The translations under genes were made by a program, and so were the position numbers. This document shows positions 38,801-47,903 of a DNA stretch of 64,000 nt, one piece after another (the first letter of the stretch is position 1; each line of letters begins with the position of its first letter). Origin of the DNA: an uncultured Anaerolinea sp. (GTDB lineage Bacteria > Chloroflexota > Anaerolineae > Anaerolineales > UBA4823); the NCBI GenBank assembly GCA_964531975.1, contig CAZHFU010000001.1, forward strand, positions 139,177-203,176, in the 5' to 3' direction. The notes under the pieces were generated by a model, which worked only from the letters and a program-made list of their open reading frames with translations, was not told the origin of the DNA and did no database searches.

Positions 38801-39436
38801 GCCTTCAGCCAGGCGAGCGCGCTCCACGCGCGCCCGTAGACCCACCCCCACCGCCAGCACCACACCAATAGTCATACTGGTTCCAGCAGCAGTATAGGTT
38901 TCAACTGCGGGCAGCTGCGGGTTTAGGGATGGCAGGGTCAACAAAACGATAGAATTAATTACTACCGCAAGAGAAATAGCCTCCGCCGGCGCAAAAACGC
39001 CGGCAAAAACATAGCCTAAGACGATATATGTGTAAACTACTACCGCCACGCCTGCGTCCGGAATAGGGTTAGACAATAATAGGTTAAAAGTCAGCAAAGA
39101 AAGAGCCGCCATGGAAAGGTAAGCGCCCCACCTGAAATATCTTGTCCGAGAAAGACCGTACAATACCGCTAAGAGGAGAGCCAATAAGACTAATCGTACC
39201 AGGCTGCCCAAAGACCCAAATCCACGGTTTATGATCCCCGAAGCTAACATCCCCACCAAGTCGGCCATCAGCAAGGTCACACTTAAAACGGATAAAGCAA
39301 CGGCCTGGTTGCGCTCCCCTACCTCTACAATATCGGGATGGGGGCGCGTTAATCGGCTAAAGATGGTTTGTATACGCTTGAATACGCCGACGGTTCCGCG
39401 AGATTGAGGATCCATTTCCGGGGTCTTAGGCTGCAT
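35882..39436 (-). CDS. Multi-TM sensor protein (TM bundle, GAF, PAS, GAF, PAS, half-GAF, GAF, truncated-GAF cap) with no output domain seen
   Basis: Start chosen at ATG 39436 (AAGGAG SD 6 nt upstream). The track start GTG 39451 would overlap the upstream gene. The N-terminus has about 6 hydrophobic helices. GAF motif YYHTQVYLWD..NPLLPETRSEAAVP. Confidence 0.85.
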   Translation of the reverse strand: MQPKTPEMDPQSRGTVGVFKRIQTIFSRLTRPHPDIVEVGERNQAVALSVLSVTLLMADLVGMLASGIINRGFGSLGSLVRLVLLALLLAVLYGLSRTRYFRWGAYLSMAALSLLTFNLLLSNPIPDAGVAVVVYTYIVLGYVFAGVFAPAEAISLAVVINSIVLLTLPSLNPQLPAVETYTAAGTSMTIGVVLAVGVGLRARVERARLAEGRAINKQLEEMRQSLEVRVAERTRALQTNAEISRRLTTILNPIDLATAVVEDVQQAYGYYHTQVYLWDDPKETLELKAATGKAGQSLLQSEHKVPRGRGLVGRAADSGKPILAADARSERGWLPNPLLPETRSEAAVPVMVGERVVGVLDVQSDMANGLSQTDVDLLSALANQLGVAFENARQYADTQAALQDVSVFRRFADSSGQGMSLAHLDGELFYANPALLRLLGKESLDPEQQTQASAYYPPQFRQQLDDIISTIYRDGQWVGEMALQRPDGSIRPTLENMFLIKDAQEHPLYIADVITDMESAKKTEQALAQQVDELAKVAQISAEINAISNPASLLQRAVNRIQTSFGFYYVQVYLLDADRGILELKAGAGQVGERLSSQGWRINTDSERSLAARAIRLRQGVISNRIDQDPYYMANELLQKTAAEMVVPLIAGDTILGALDIQSDTAGRFTPADVAIQTTLAAQIAVAYQNARQYQQTQQSEALVRTIIDASPDWIYIKDLNHRFQLVNRSFAESLGLNKEDLIDKDELELGFDERAVKGDAEQGLVGAWQEDDEVARTLTIKSMDSKASMVGGEMRFLSTLKLPLVGEDGKATGVLSFVRDISDRERLQQETAERLAEIDNLYRTVSRQGWQALRQRQGAQTGYYYDRLEVAPDDGRWLEESRQAMQANAFVNLPGQGVAAVPLTLRGDVIGALAVQADRQHPLSPDELDLLQGMSDQVALALESARLFSQTQAALADTETLYSMIAEMNAAGGYQDILHTLAERTLLGSASPLLMMAVFDRPLTAEHRPEWIFPVAFRAAPGLNVAERYPLSAFEARPGGLFTEQPVIMSDIANDARLDRLTRTLFQDVFMGCSSVVFPLMLGKQMIGFIQGFYDKPVDFPVDEQTRLSAVAGQAAIAVQSRLLLEQAQSRAQREQRIRQVTAEVVNAPDVNTIMRRAVEEVGKAMGLPAYIYLGSQKDRESE

Positions 39437-39437
39437 G

Positions 39438-42400
39438 TTATGCTCCTTCACTCACGACATCCGCGGCAGGATGGCTTGAACCATTGTCATCAGGCCGGGG
39501 CTGTAAATCTTCTTCCGAATCTTCGCTTCTCATGCGAACCACCACATTCCGTCCTAAGGCCATTCCCACTTCGCGCGCGGCCAGGCGCAGCACCTGTTCG
39601 GGGTCGGCGGCGCTGCGCACTCGCTCGGCGACCTGGCGCAGCACTTGCTCGTGACGCGCCCGGCGGCGGCTTTCTTCCAGCAAGCTCAAGCCCTGGATGA
39701 CTGCCGCCCCCTGACCAATCAGCGATTCTGCCTGGCGTATCTGGGCCTCGTTTAGCTTACGGGGTTCGGAAGAGCCAAAGGTCATTAAACCAATCCACTG
39801 ATCCGCCACCACTAACGGGAAAGCCACGAGAGAGCGCCCCAGGTTGGCTAACTGGCCGCGCATTGCCGGGTCTAGCCCTTCAAAAACCATGATGTCTTCA
39901 ATAATATGCGGAGCGTCCCGATTAAACAAATTCAAAATAGGCATCGCCCGGATGGGAAGACTTATACCCAACGGAGGCAAGGACGGGTTTTCCGCGTCTT
40001 GCTTGCCGGCAATCACGGTTACAAAATCAGGAGGTTGCTCAGCCCATGGGGCGCTGAACAACATAATCGCGCCCCGTTCAAACTGGCGCAGCGCCGTCGC
40101 TTTCATAACAGCATCCAAGACGCCGTTGGGGGTGTTGGCGCGGACTACATCTTCAGAGCTAGCATATAGGGCATCGGTGACTGCCAAAGCCGAGCGGGTT
40201 TGCTCCGCCAGCCGCAGCGTTTCGATATGTTCGCTCAAACGCTCGGCCACAGCAGCTAACAACGCCCGCTGATCGGAATCCAGATCGTCTCCACCTTCCA
40301 AGCCAATCTCGCCAATCGTTTCGCCGCGCACACTGAGCGGCTGCACGAAAGGAAGGGCTGTCGCAACTTCCTGGGCAGTCACCTGCGTTTGATCGTAGAC
40401 AAAGGCCGGCGTTTCGGGCTGCTCACGCATATAACTCTGCCAACCTTCGCGGATTAAGCGGCGGGCCGCATCTTCAGCCTCCTGGCGATAGCGCTCTGCT
40501 TGCTCCAACAAGCGCAGATTATCGATTTGCCTGGCAACCTGGGCGGTGATATTCTTTACCCACTCCACTTCATCGGGCTGCCAGGGCGCACCCTTACGGA
40601 TCACTTCCAACTCGCCCACCGCTTCTCCTGTAACGATAATGGGCACATTGAGTATCTGCCCGGGGGCGGCTACATCCAAGGGCCTGGAAGCATCCAGGGG
40701 CTGAACGGCGTTATCTTGGAAAATATAACCCTGCGTTTCAGGTCGATTAATGGCATCCAAAAAAGTGTCATAGCTCGCCGCGGTTCGGCGGCGGGCCTGG
40801 CGTTCAACATCTGCGCGGGCTTGCTGAACCTGCGTGAACAAGGCAGCATTCTCCACGGCCACAGCCAACTGCGCCGCCAATGTTTGGAATGCGGGGAGAA
40901 TTTCTCGATTAAATGCTTGTGGGGTCTGACTCTGCAAATCCAACACGCCCACCACGCGGTCGCCCATCATCAACGGAACCGCAGCTTCGGAACGCGTGTC
41001 TGGCAGCAAGACATTCGCCTTAAAATCCGGCGCGCTTAACGTGTCTTCAACCACTCTGGACTGTTTCGAAACGACTGCCGCGCCGTTCAAAGAATCTAGC
41101 CCCACCGGCAAACGATGGCCGCGGCGCAGCAGCTCGCCACCCGTCTCGCCCGATCCCGCCCGCAAAACGAGCGATTTAGAGCGTTCATCCATCAGGTAAA
41201 TTTGCACATAATACAAATCAAAACTCGATTGGATCATCTCCACGGCGGTCTTCAACAGTTCATCCAGGTCGCGCTGTTCCACCAACGAGCGCCCCACATC
41301 GCCCGCCAGCGTCAATTCACGTGTCCGGGCAGCAACGCGCTGCTCCAGGTCTGTCACGTTCCGGCGCAGCTGCTCAGTCATATCGTTAAAGGCTAACCCC
41401 AAGCGACCCACCTCGTCGCGGGAAGCTACATCAGCGCGGGCCGATAAATTCCCGGCGCGCACCTGCTCGGCCGTCTCTGTTAGCCGCTTAATAGGCCGAG
41501 AAATTGCCTGCGCCAGAATTACCGACAAGAAAGACACCACGCCCGATACCACGCCAATCAGGCCAATTTGGCTTTCGGCTTGCGCGGCCACCGGCGCTAA
41601 CGCCTCCTCCGATCGCTGACGCAGAACCAGGAACCAGCCCAGGCGAACAATCTCTGGGTCGTTCCGCAGCGTTGTTACCGGAGAGCGCGCAATAATTGAC
41701 GAGTAACCACCATATTCGGCCTGCGTAAAAGAGGTAGATGGCAGATCGGCTAATACCTGCATCGCCTCAGGATTTGGAAGACTAAACTGACCGTCTATGA
41801 TAGCCCGCGGCGCATCATTCGAGAAATATAGATCGGCATAGGTTTGTTGACCTGGTAAATCGCCGGAAATAACATCGATAATGCCTTGCAAATCGTAGGT
41901 GCTGCGTATCACCCCAAGCACCTCTTGCCCATCATTATCAAACACCGGTACGGCGATAACCATAACGTTCTTGCCCACGCTTGTATCATACGCGGGCTGG
42001 CTGAAATAAATCGACCCTCGGCCTTCCTGATAGGCGTTCCGCCACCAATCTTCGTCCGCCTGGTAATAATCGGTGGTAATGTGGCTGGCGGCAATCAGCG
42101 CCCCATGTTTATCGGTTAATATGGTTTCGGTGTTATAAGGGAAAATATTATCGTACTCTTGGAGATCCAAAGAGATTTGGTTTTGCAAGAACGACGCCAG
42201 CAGCGGGTTATCATCCTCTTGGTTTTGCGCAGCTTGCCGCCATAAAATGTCTGTCTGCTGAATTTGATATGCCACCCCTAGCTTATCCGCATCGTAAGCG
42301 CTGTTCGAGGCGATCAGCGCCTTTTGAATGGATTCACTGATATAAAAGGTTTTTAGCGCGTCCACCTGGGCAGATAGCAGATCGGCCACGGCCTGGGCAC

Positions 42401-43097
42401 GGTTGGCGGCGATGGCCTGGAGACTGTCACCAATGCTGTTGGTCAGGATTTCAGAAGTGCGACGGCCATTGATCCCGCCCAAAAAAACCGAAATTATCAA
42501 CGAAAAGAAGATAAACCCAACCAGCAGCTTACCGGTTAGCTGCATTTCGCGCGTCATCCACACCAGGCTCAGCAAAATTAACGTTAAAATCACCAGGGCG
42601 CCTGCTTGGGTGACGTTATACATGAACGGCGACTGAGCGCGTCCAAAGGGTTGGAAAAAGTTAATCAGACTGCCAATGACCACCACTCCCAAGGCAATGG
42701 AGATCGCGTAGACCAGATAACGATCCGGCAAGGTGAACAGCGCCAGGGTCAAAATAAGCATAAAACCTGCCAGCAAAAAGATGACGCTAACGCGATCAAA
42801 CGCTAAATGTAAACTCACGCCGGCTAACAACAGGCTGCTCAGCACCATAAACATGCTGGCCAAGGCTCGCTCCGGCCTTGCCAGGCGTACGGCCGCCAGG
42901 TTCATGCCAGACGCCACAACCGTTATTGCCACGGCCACCCAAATAACAGGCTGATAGGTGCTGACCAGTGCGTACCCTTGCAGGGCGAGCAATAAAACGC
43001 ATAACGCAATGCTGATAGAAGCCGAGATCCTAACCCGCCTTGGGTTGATCAATCCACTTACCGGCTGGAGATTACTGCTCGAAAGGCTTTGATTCAT
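39438..43097 (-). CDS. Membrane sensor (6 TM, Cache-like, TM, HAMP, GAF, two half-GAF modules, GAF, truncated-GAF cap) with no output domain seen
   Basis: 1219 aa. Cache-like block YYQADEDWWRNAY..VMVIAVPVFDNDGQEVLGVIRSTY and HAMP block SRPIKRLTETAEQVRAGNLSARA..DEVGRLGLAFNDM. Confidence 0.85.
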   Translation of the reverse strand: MNQSLSSSNLQPVSGLINPRRVRISASISIALCVLLLALQGYALVSTYQPVIWVAVAITVVASGMNLAAVRLARPERALASMFMVLSSLLLAGVSLHLAFDRVSVIFLLAGFMLILTLALFTLPDRYLVYAISIALGVVVIGSLINFFQPFGRAQSPFMYNVTQAGALVILTLILLSLVWMTREMQLTGKLLVGFIFFSLIISVFLGGINGRRTSEILTNSIGDSLQAIAANRAQAVADLLSAQVDALKTFYISESIQKALIASNSAYDADKLGVAYQIQQTDILWRQAAQNQEDDNPLLASFLQNQISLDLQEYDNIFPYNTETILTDKHGALIAASHITTDYYQADEDWWRNAYQEGRGSIYFSQPAYDTSVGKNVMVIAVPVFDNDGQEVLGVIRSTYDLQGIIDVISGDLPGQQTYADLYFSNDAPRAIIDGQFSLPNPEAMQVLADLPSTSFTQAEYGGYSSIIARSPVTTLRNDPEIVRLGWFLVLRQRSEEALAPVAAQAESQIGLIGVVSGVVSFLSVILAQAISRPIKRLTETAEQVRAGNLSARADVASRDEVGRLGLAFNDMTEQLRRNVTDLEQRVAARTRELTLAGDVGRSLVEQRDLDELLKTAVEMIQSSFDLYYVQIYLMDERSKSLVLRAGSGETGGELLRRGHRLPVGLDSLNGAAVVSKQSRVVEDTLSAPDFKANVLLPDTRSEAAVPLMMGDRVVGVLDLQSQTPQAFNREILPAFQTLAAQLAVAVENAALFTQVQQARADVERQARRRTAASYDTFLDAINRPETQGYIFQDNAVQPLDASRPLDVAAPGQILNVPIIVTGEAVGELEVIRKGAPWQPDEVEWVKNITAQVARQIDNLRLLEQAERYRQEAEDAARRLIREGWQSYMREQPETPAFVYDQTQVTAQEVATALPFVQPLSVRGETIGEIGLEGGDDLDSDQRALLAAVAERLSEHIETLRLAEQTRSALAVTDALYASSEDVVRANTPNGVLDAVMKATALRQFERGAIMLFSAPWAEQPPDFVTVIAGKQDAENPSLPPLGISLPIRAMPILNLFNRDAPHIIEDIMVFEGLDPAMRGQLANLGRSLVAFPLVVADQWIGLMTFGSSEPRKLNEAQIRQAESLIGQGAAVIQGLSLLEESRRRARHEQVLRQVAERVRSAADPEQVLRLAAREVGMALGRNVVVRMRSEDSEEDLQPRPDDNGSSHPAADVVSEGA

Positions 43098-45532
43098 GAT
43101 TGGCGCTCCTGATCCGGCAGAGAAACCTTATCCCCGCCGTTTTCGCCCACGTGTAGGCGAGCCTGGATGCGGGCCACATTGAGGCCCCGTCCCAATTCGC
43201 GCGCCGCCACCTGTAGAGCTTCCGGCACGCTTTGTGTACGTTCCACCTGTTCGATAATCTCTCGCAAGCGCACATCCCGTTGGGCGCGCTGCTGCGCTTG
43301 TTCCACCTGCTGGGCGTTGCGCAAAGCAATCGCCAACTGGTTGGCAATGCCACGCAGCAAATCTGCATCCTGCTCGGTAACGCCGTTGGTTACATTTTGC
43401 TGCACGTCAATGGCGCCCAAAACATCATCCCCTAGTAGAATAGGCACAGCAATTTCCGAGCGTGTGTCGGGCAACAGCGGATTGGGCAGCCAACTTGAAT
43501 CGGCGGCGGTGTTTTGCACCACCACCTCTGTCCCGGTCTCACACGCCTGGCCCACCAGGCCACGCCCCCGTCCAATGCGATGATGATTTTCCAACATGGC
43601 TTTACCAGCTTCGCCTGTGCCGCCCACCATGTTCAAGTATTCGCCACTCTTATCCCACAAGTAAATATGAACATGGTAGTAATTGAAGGCAAATTGGAGC
43701 AGTTCTACCACTTCGCTCACTAATTGCTGCGTATCCAAGATTCTGGAAAGTCGCCGGCTGACATCACCACTAAGCTCCAGGGCGCGGGTGCGATCTTTAA
43801 CGCGCTGCTCCAACCCGCCGAGAGTTTCTTTCAACTGGCCGGTCATTTGATTAAATGTGCGCCCCAAAAGCCCAATTTCATCTCGCGACTGTTCAGGAGC
43901 CTGCACATCCAGGTTTCCATCTGCCACCTGGCGGGCCACCTGGGTTAATTGCCCAATGGGTCGGGTCAAATATCCCACAATTAGCGTGGCAAATGCAATC
44001 ACCAACACCGTAATTAGTATCGAAAGCAAAATTGACGAACGGGTCTGTTCCGAAATAGCTGTTTCAACAAGTCTCACCGGCGTACGGGTCAACACGACCC
44101 ACGGCGCTAACCGCACAGGGACGGCCGTTGAAAGGGTGTCCTCATCTACGGCTACCCCATACGAAGTGAAGTAGGGCGAATTGCTCAGGTTGCGCAGTCC
44201 TTCGATAACATCATTTTGCCCAAGTGAGATATCCGCCGCCCGACCTGTGGGCAGGCGATGTTGTTTTTGCAAATTAGCAGCTTGCTCATCGGTGAGGCTG
44301 GTATATGTTTTATAGATTAAGTTTGGCCTGGAACTGTGCGCAACGCGCATGTAATTATCGTTATCTAATAAGACCACATAGCCGCCGCTTTGATCGCTTT
44401 CATAAGCGCTCATCACCAGCCATTGCAGCACGGCAGCGTTATACTCTACCCGCAGCACACCCACCACATCGCCCACCGCGTTACGTATCGGAGCCGTAAA
44501 ATAGATACGCGGGAGATCATCGTAAAACATCACCGTCGAAACAAATGGCCGTCCGCTTTGCAAAGACAATCGGAAATATTGTCGTTCCGCTTCGCTGAGA
44601 CCTTCTTTGGAAGGATTCGTATCTAATATATCCCTTCCCTTAACATCCAATAAAGCGTAGGAGGAAATAAAAACCGGGTCCTTAAGCGCCAGCGAACGAA
44701 GCACCTGCTCGGCCAAACCCGTCTCCTGAGCTGCGCCTTGCACAACGCCTACCAACTCCGGTAAACGCGCCTCCGTGCGCACGGCGTCCAGCGTTTGCTG
44801 CACAAAAGTATCGACCACGCCCTGAACGGCATTAGCCGCGGTAGACAACCGCGTGCGCGCTTCCGTACGCTTGTCGTTAGAAAGACGTTGGGTGTTCAAA
44901 GCCGACAAGACAACTAAAGGCACAAGGGCCACAAAGAGAAAGGCCATAGTAAAACGCACCCGCAGCGTAGACCGGCTCAGCAAACGCCGATTGGCAAAAA
45001 CATAACCCAGCGCAAAAAGACTAACGATAATTGCGGTAACAATGTAATTTCTTTCGATGTAGGTATGGGGGGCGTAATTATCATATACCAGGAATACCGC
45101 CGCCTGAATTACGCCCAACACAAAGGCCAGCAGCGCCCCCCTCGTGCTTAAAGCGCCTACCGTCAGCCCCACAATCTGAACAATAGAAATTAAAGCCAGG
45201 GTGACCCCTTGCCCAGGGACAATATCCGCCATATAGATGACCGGCAGAATGATCTGTCCTAGAACCAACAGCCACACGCCTTGCCGCACCCGCCCGCGGC
45301 TAGACAACCAGGCAGAAACGCCGGCAACCAGGGCTAACCCAACCAACACCTCCATACCGGAAGGCGGAGTGTCGGTAATCTGGTAGAAAATAAATGTACC
45401 AACCGCGGTAACGCCCATCAACAAGGCAATCACCACACTTACTAACACGGCATGGGCGCGGCGCTCTGCTTCGGATGGGTTAATGTAACCCTGTAAGGAA
45501 CTTTTTTCAAAAGCTCGTTTTAGCATTGTCAT
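43094..45532 (-). CDS. Membrane sensor (6 TM, Cache-like, TM, HAMP, GAF, truncated-GAF cap) with no output domain seen
   Basis: 812 aa. HAMP block TRPIGQLTQVARQVADGNLDVQA..DEIGLLGRTFNQM and GAF motif YYHVHIYLWD..NPLLPDTRSEIAVP. Confidence 0.85.
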   Translation of the reverse strand: MTMLKRAFEKSSLQGYINPSEAERRAHAVLVSVVIALLMGVTAVGTFIFYQITDTPPSGMEVLVGLALVAGVSAWLSSRGRVRQGVWLLVLGQIILPVIYMADIVPGQGVTLALISIVQIVGLTVGALSTRGALLAFVLGVIQAAVFLVYDNYAPHTYIERNYIVTAIIVSLFALGYVFANRRLLSRSTLRVRFTMAFLFVALVPLVVLSALNTQRLSNDKRTEARTRLSTAANAVQGVVDTFVQQTLDAVRTEARLPELVGVVQGAAQETGLAEQVLRSLALKDPVFISSYALLDVKGRDILDTNPSKEGLSEAERQYFRLSLQSGRPFVSTVMFYDDLPRIYFTAPIRNAVGDVVGVLRVEYNAAVLQWLVMSAYESDQSGGYVVLLDNDNYMRVAHSSRPNLIYKTYTSLTDEQAANLQKQHRLPTGRAADISLGQNDVIEGLRNLSNSPYFTSYGVAVDEDTLSTAVPVRLAPWVVLTRTPVRLVETAISEQTRSSILLSILITVLVIAFATLIVGYLTRPIGQLTQVARQVADGNLDVQAPEQSRDEIGLLGRTFNQMTGQLKETLGGLEQRVKDRTRALELSGDVSRRLSRILDTQQLVSEVVELLQFAFNYYHVHIYLWDKSGEYLNMVGGTGEAGKAMLENHHRIGRGRGLVGQACETGTEVVVQNTAADSSWLPNPLLPDTRSEIAVPILLGDDVLGAIDVQQNVTNGVTEQDADLLRGIANQLAIALRNAQQVEQAQQRAQRDVRLREIIEQVERTQSVPEALQVAARELGRGLNVARIQARLHVGENGGDKVSLPDQERQS

Positions 45533-46599
45533 GGCAGATAGACCTTCCCCGCCAGACCAGCAGAGGCTGACGAATTGGGGACCAACCCGGCCAAGGACGG
45601 GGCCGGAAGATATATAGGATCAAATATCTTGCGTAAATCCATTAAGTACGTCAGGCTGCCGGTCGAGATAAGAAAATCCATATTCAACCGGCCCACATCG
45701 AGCAGAGATAGGCCTTGATCCGAAGGAGTTTGTCCAAATAAGATCTGGTTGTCTTCCAGGTTGTAAATATCTACATCACCAAAAGTAACCGCGCTCTGGG
45801 CAATTCCAGCTCTCGCGGCAACCACGCCGCGCGTAAATTGCTGATGCGTTTGGCGATATTCAACCGCTTCAAACCAGGCCCGCAGAAAAGCCTGGATTTT
45901 CTCTGGGTTTCGCTTAGCTACGCTGGAACGAAAGACGATCACATCTGGCAGCAAAGCCGAAACCTCGGTAGCCTGTAGAAGCGCGGCGCCTTTGTCAATC
46001 GCCTGTTTGGTAAATGGCTCATACACGATGCCAGCCTGGATTTGATCGGGTAGCAAGGCAGGAACCTGTTCTACAGGCACATTGACCAAGACGACATCGC
46101 GGGTGGTTAATCCGGCGCGCTGCAAAATGTCACGGATAACCATCTCTCCCGATGAGCCTAGCGCCACACCAATGCGTTTGCCTTTCAAGTCTTGGGCGGT
46201 GGTAATGTCTGGCGCGGTCGCCAGGCTAACCAGGCCGCCCGAATCGTATGCTGCTACGCAATTCATTTCTGTACGACTGGCGGCGTTCATCAAATCGATC
46301 ATGCCTAGCAGGCTGCCATCTAGCTTACCGGAAACCAGGTCGGGGACCACTTCCGAGAAATTTTCATAATAAATTGGCTGCACCTTAACGCCATACTTAT
46401 CGAACAACCCCAGAGCTTGCGCCACCACCAGCGTATAATCGCCCTCCCACAATGTCCACTCTACCCGCAGCGCGTCATCATCGCCGGGTTTACCAGGCGC
46501 AGGGTTTGAAACGGGCGTACAACCAACTGCGCCGACCAACACAGCCGCCGCCAACCCCAGGCGCACCCACTTCACAATCATTACTTGGAAAGCGTTCAT
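45529..46599 (-). CDS. Lipoprotein substrate-binding protein (NMT1/SsuA/NitT-TauT-like) with no cognate permease or ATPase
   Basis: 356 aa. Lipobox VGAVGC and a periplasmic-binding-protein type-2 pattern (KGKRIGVALGSSGE). ATGA overlaps on both sides. Confidence 0.7.
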   Translation of the reverse strand: MNAFQVMIVKWVRLGLAAAVLVGAVGCTPVSNPAPGKPGDDDALRVEWTLWEGDYTLVVAQALGLFDKYGVKVQPIYYENFSEVVPDLVSGKLDGSLLGMIDLMNAASRTEMNCVAAYDSGGLVSLATAPDITTAQDLKGKRIGVALGSSGEMVIRDILQRAGLTTRDVVLVNVPVEQVPALLPDQIQAGIVYEPFTKQAIDKGAALLQATEVSALLPDVIVFRSSVAKRNPEKIQAFLRAWFEAVEYRQTHQQFTRGVVAARAGIAQSAVTFGDVDIYNLEDNQILFGQTPSDQGLSLLDVGRLNMDFLISTGSLTYLMDLRKIFDPIYLPAPSLAGLVPNSSASAGLAGKVYLP

Positions 46600-47903
46600 C
46601 CCTTTACCTCCGTGCGGCGCATGCCAATCTGCACCCGGGCGCTGTCGGCGCTTAAGGCCGTACCCAACTCTTGCGCAGCAATCTGAAGCACTTCCTCCAC
46701 GCCGGCGGCGGTTTGCAGCTTTTGGTAAACCAGGTTAGCCTGGGCCTCTCGTTCTGCCTGGCGCTGGGTTTGCACATACCGGCGGGCGTTCTCCAGCGTT
46801 ACCCCAACCTGGTTAGAAAGCGCCTGGATCAGCAGGACATCTTGCTGATTTAAGCCCTCCAGTTTATTGGATTGTACATCCAGCACCCCCAGCACCTCAC
46901 CGCCCGATAGGATGGGAACAGCCACCTCCGCACGGGTATCCGGCAGTAGGGGGTTAGGTATCCAATCAATGGAAGAGGCTGTGTCGGAGGCAAGCATCGC
47001 CTTTTTCTGCTCTGCCGCTCGCCCCACCAGACCGCGCCCTTTAATAACACGGTGCTTCCGGGTTACCAGCGTCCGCCCGGCCGATCCGGTTCCGCCGCGC
47101 ATCTCCAGGTATTCACGCCGGGCGTCCCATAAATAGATTTGCGTATGGTAATAACCGAACGCCTCGCCCACTTCATCGACCACTGTGGTAATTAACAAGT
47201 CGGGGTCAAGGATGGTGGTCAGGCGTTGAGAAACCTGGAAGCTGGATTGCAGGGCACGGGTGCGCTCTTCGATGCGCCGCTCTAAATCCACCTGGCCCTT
47301 TACCAGGCGCTCACGAGCAAGCCCTTCGCGGATCTGCGCCAAACGGATATATCTCTCCAACAAAACAACCCCAGCGACAACCACGCCGGTTAAAACAATC
47401 AAAATTACGCTGCCAGTCACCCACCCGGTATTGCTGATATTCATTTCAGAATTAAGGAGGCTGATCGCGCCGGATTGCACCAGGAGCCCCGTGATCGCTA
47501 AGGTGGCAATCATCAATCCAAACGCCGCCCAGCCGACCTGCGCGCCAAATAGCGTGACCGTCATAACTACAAAGGTTAGCAAAAACAAACGAGAATCGCC
47601 GCGCAAGCCCCCTTCATATATATCCATTACGGATATGAAATACAACAAAAGCAAGAAAAAGCCGGCCCGCAGCCAATAGGGCAATTTGACATAGGTGATA
47701 ATCAGTAATACCGCATAGACCCCGATATAGATGTATGCCAGGTATCCAAGCCCGCGGTTGATCACATCATAACTTGCGCCTGCCACGGCAAAAAGACCCA
47801 GCACCGAGGCGGCGCGGAGAATCACCTGCATCACCTCTGCCCGCCATTCGGTAATAATTTGCTCGGCGCTCTGTACAGAAGACGTATCGGTTGAATTGAT
47901 CAT
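46596..47903 (-). CDS. Membrane sensor (about 6 TM, coiled coil, GAF, truncated-GAF cap) with no output domain seen
   Basis: 435 aa. GAF motif YYHTQIYLWD..NPLLPDTRAEVAVP. GAGGA SD upstream. Confidence 0.85.
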   Translation of the reverse strand: MINSTDTSSVQSAEQIITEWRAEVMQVILRAASVLGLFAVAGASYDVINRGLGYLAYIYIGVYAVLLIITYVKLPYWLRAGFFLLLLYFISVMDIYEGGLRGDSRLFLLTFVVMTVTLFGAQVGWAAFGLMIATLAITGLLVQSGAISLLNSEMNISNTGWVTGSVILIVLTGVVVAGVVLLERYIRLAQIREGLARERLVKGQVDLERRIEERTRALQSSFQVSQRLTTILDPDLLITTVVDEVGEAFGYYHTQIYLWDARREYLEMRGGTGSAGRTLVTRKHRVIKGRGLVGRAAEQKKAMLASDTASSIDWIPNPLLPDTRAEVAVPILSGGEVLGVLDVQSNKLEGLNQQDVLLIQALSNQVGVTLENARRYVQTQRQAEREAQANLVYQKLQTAAGVEEVLQIAAQELGTALSADSARVQIGMRRTEVKG

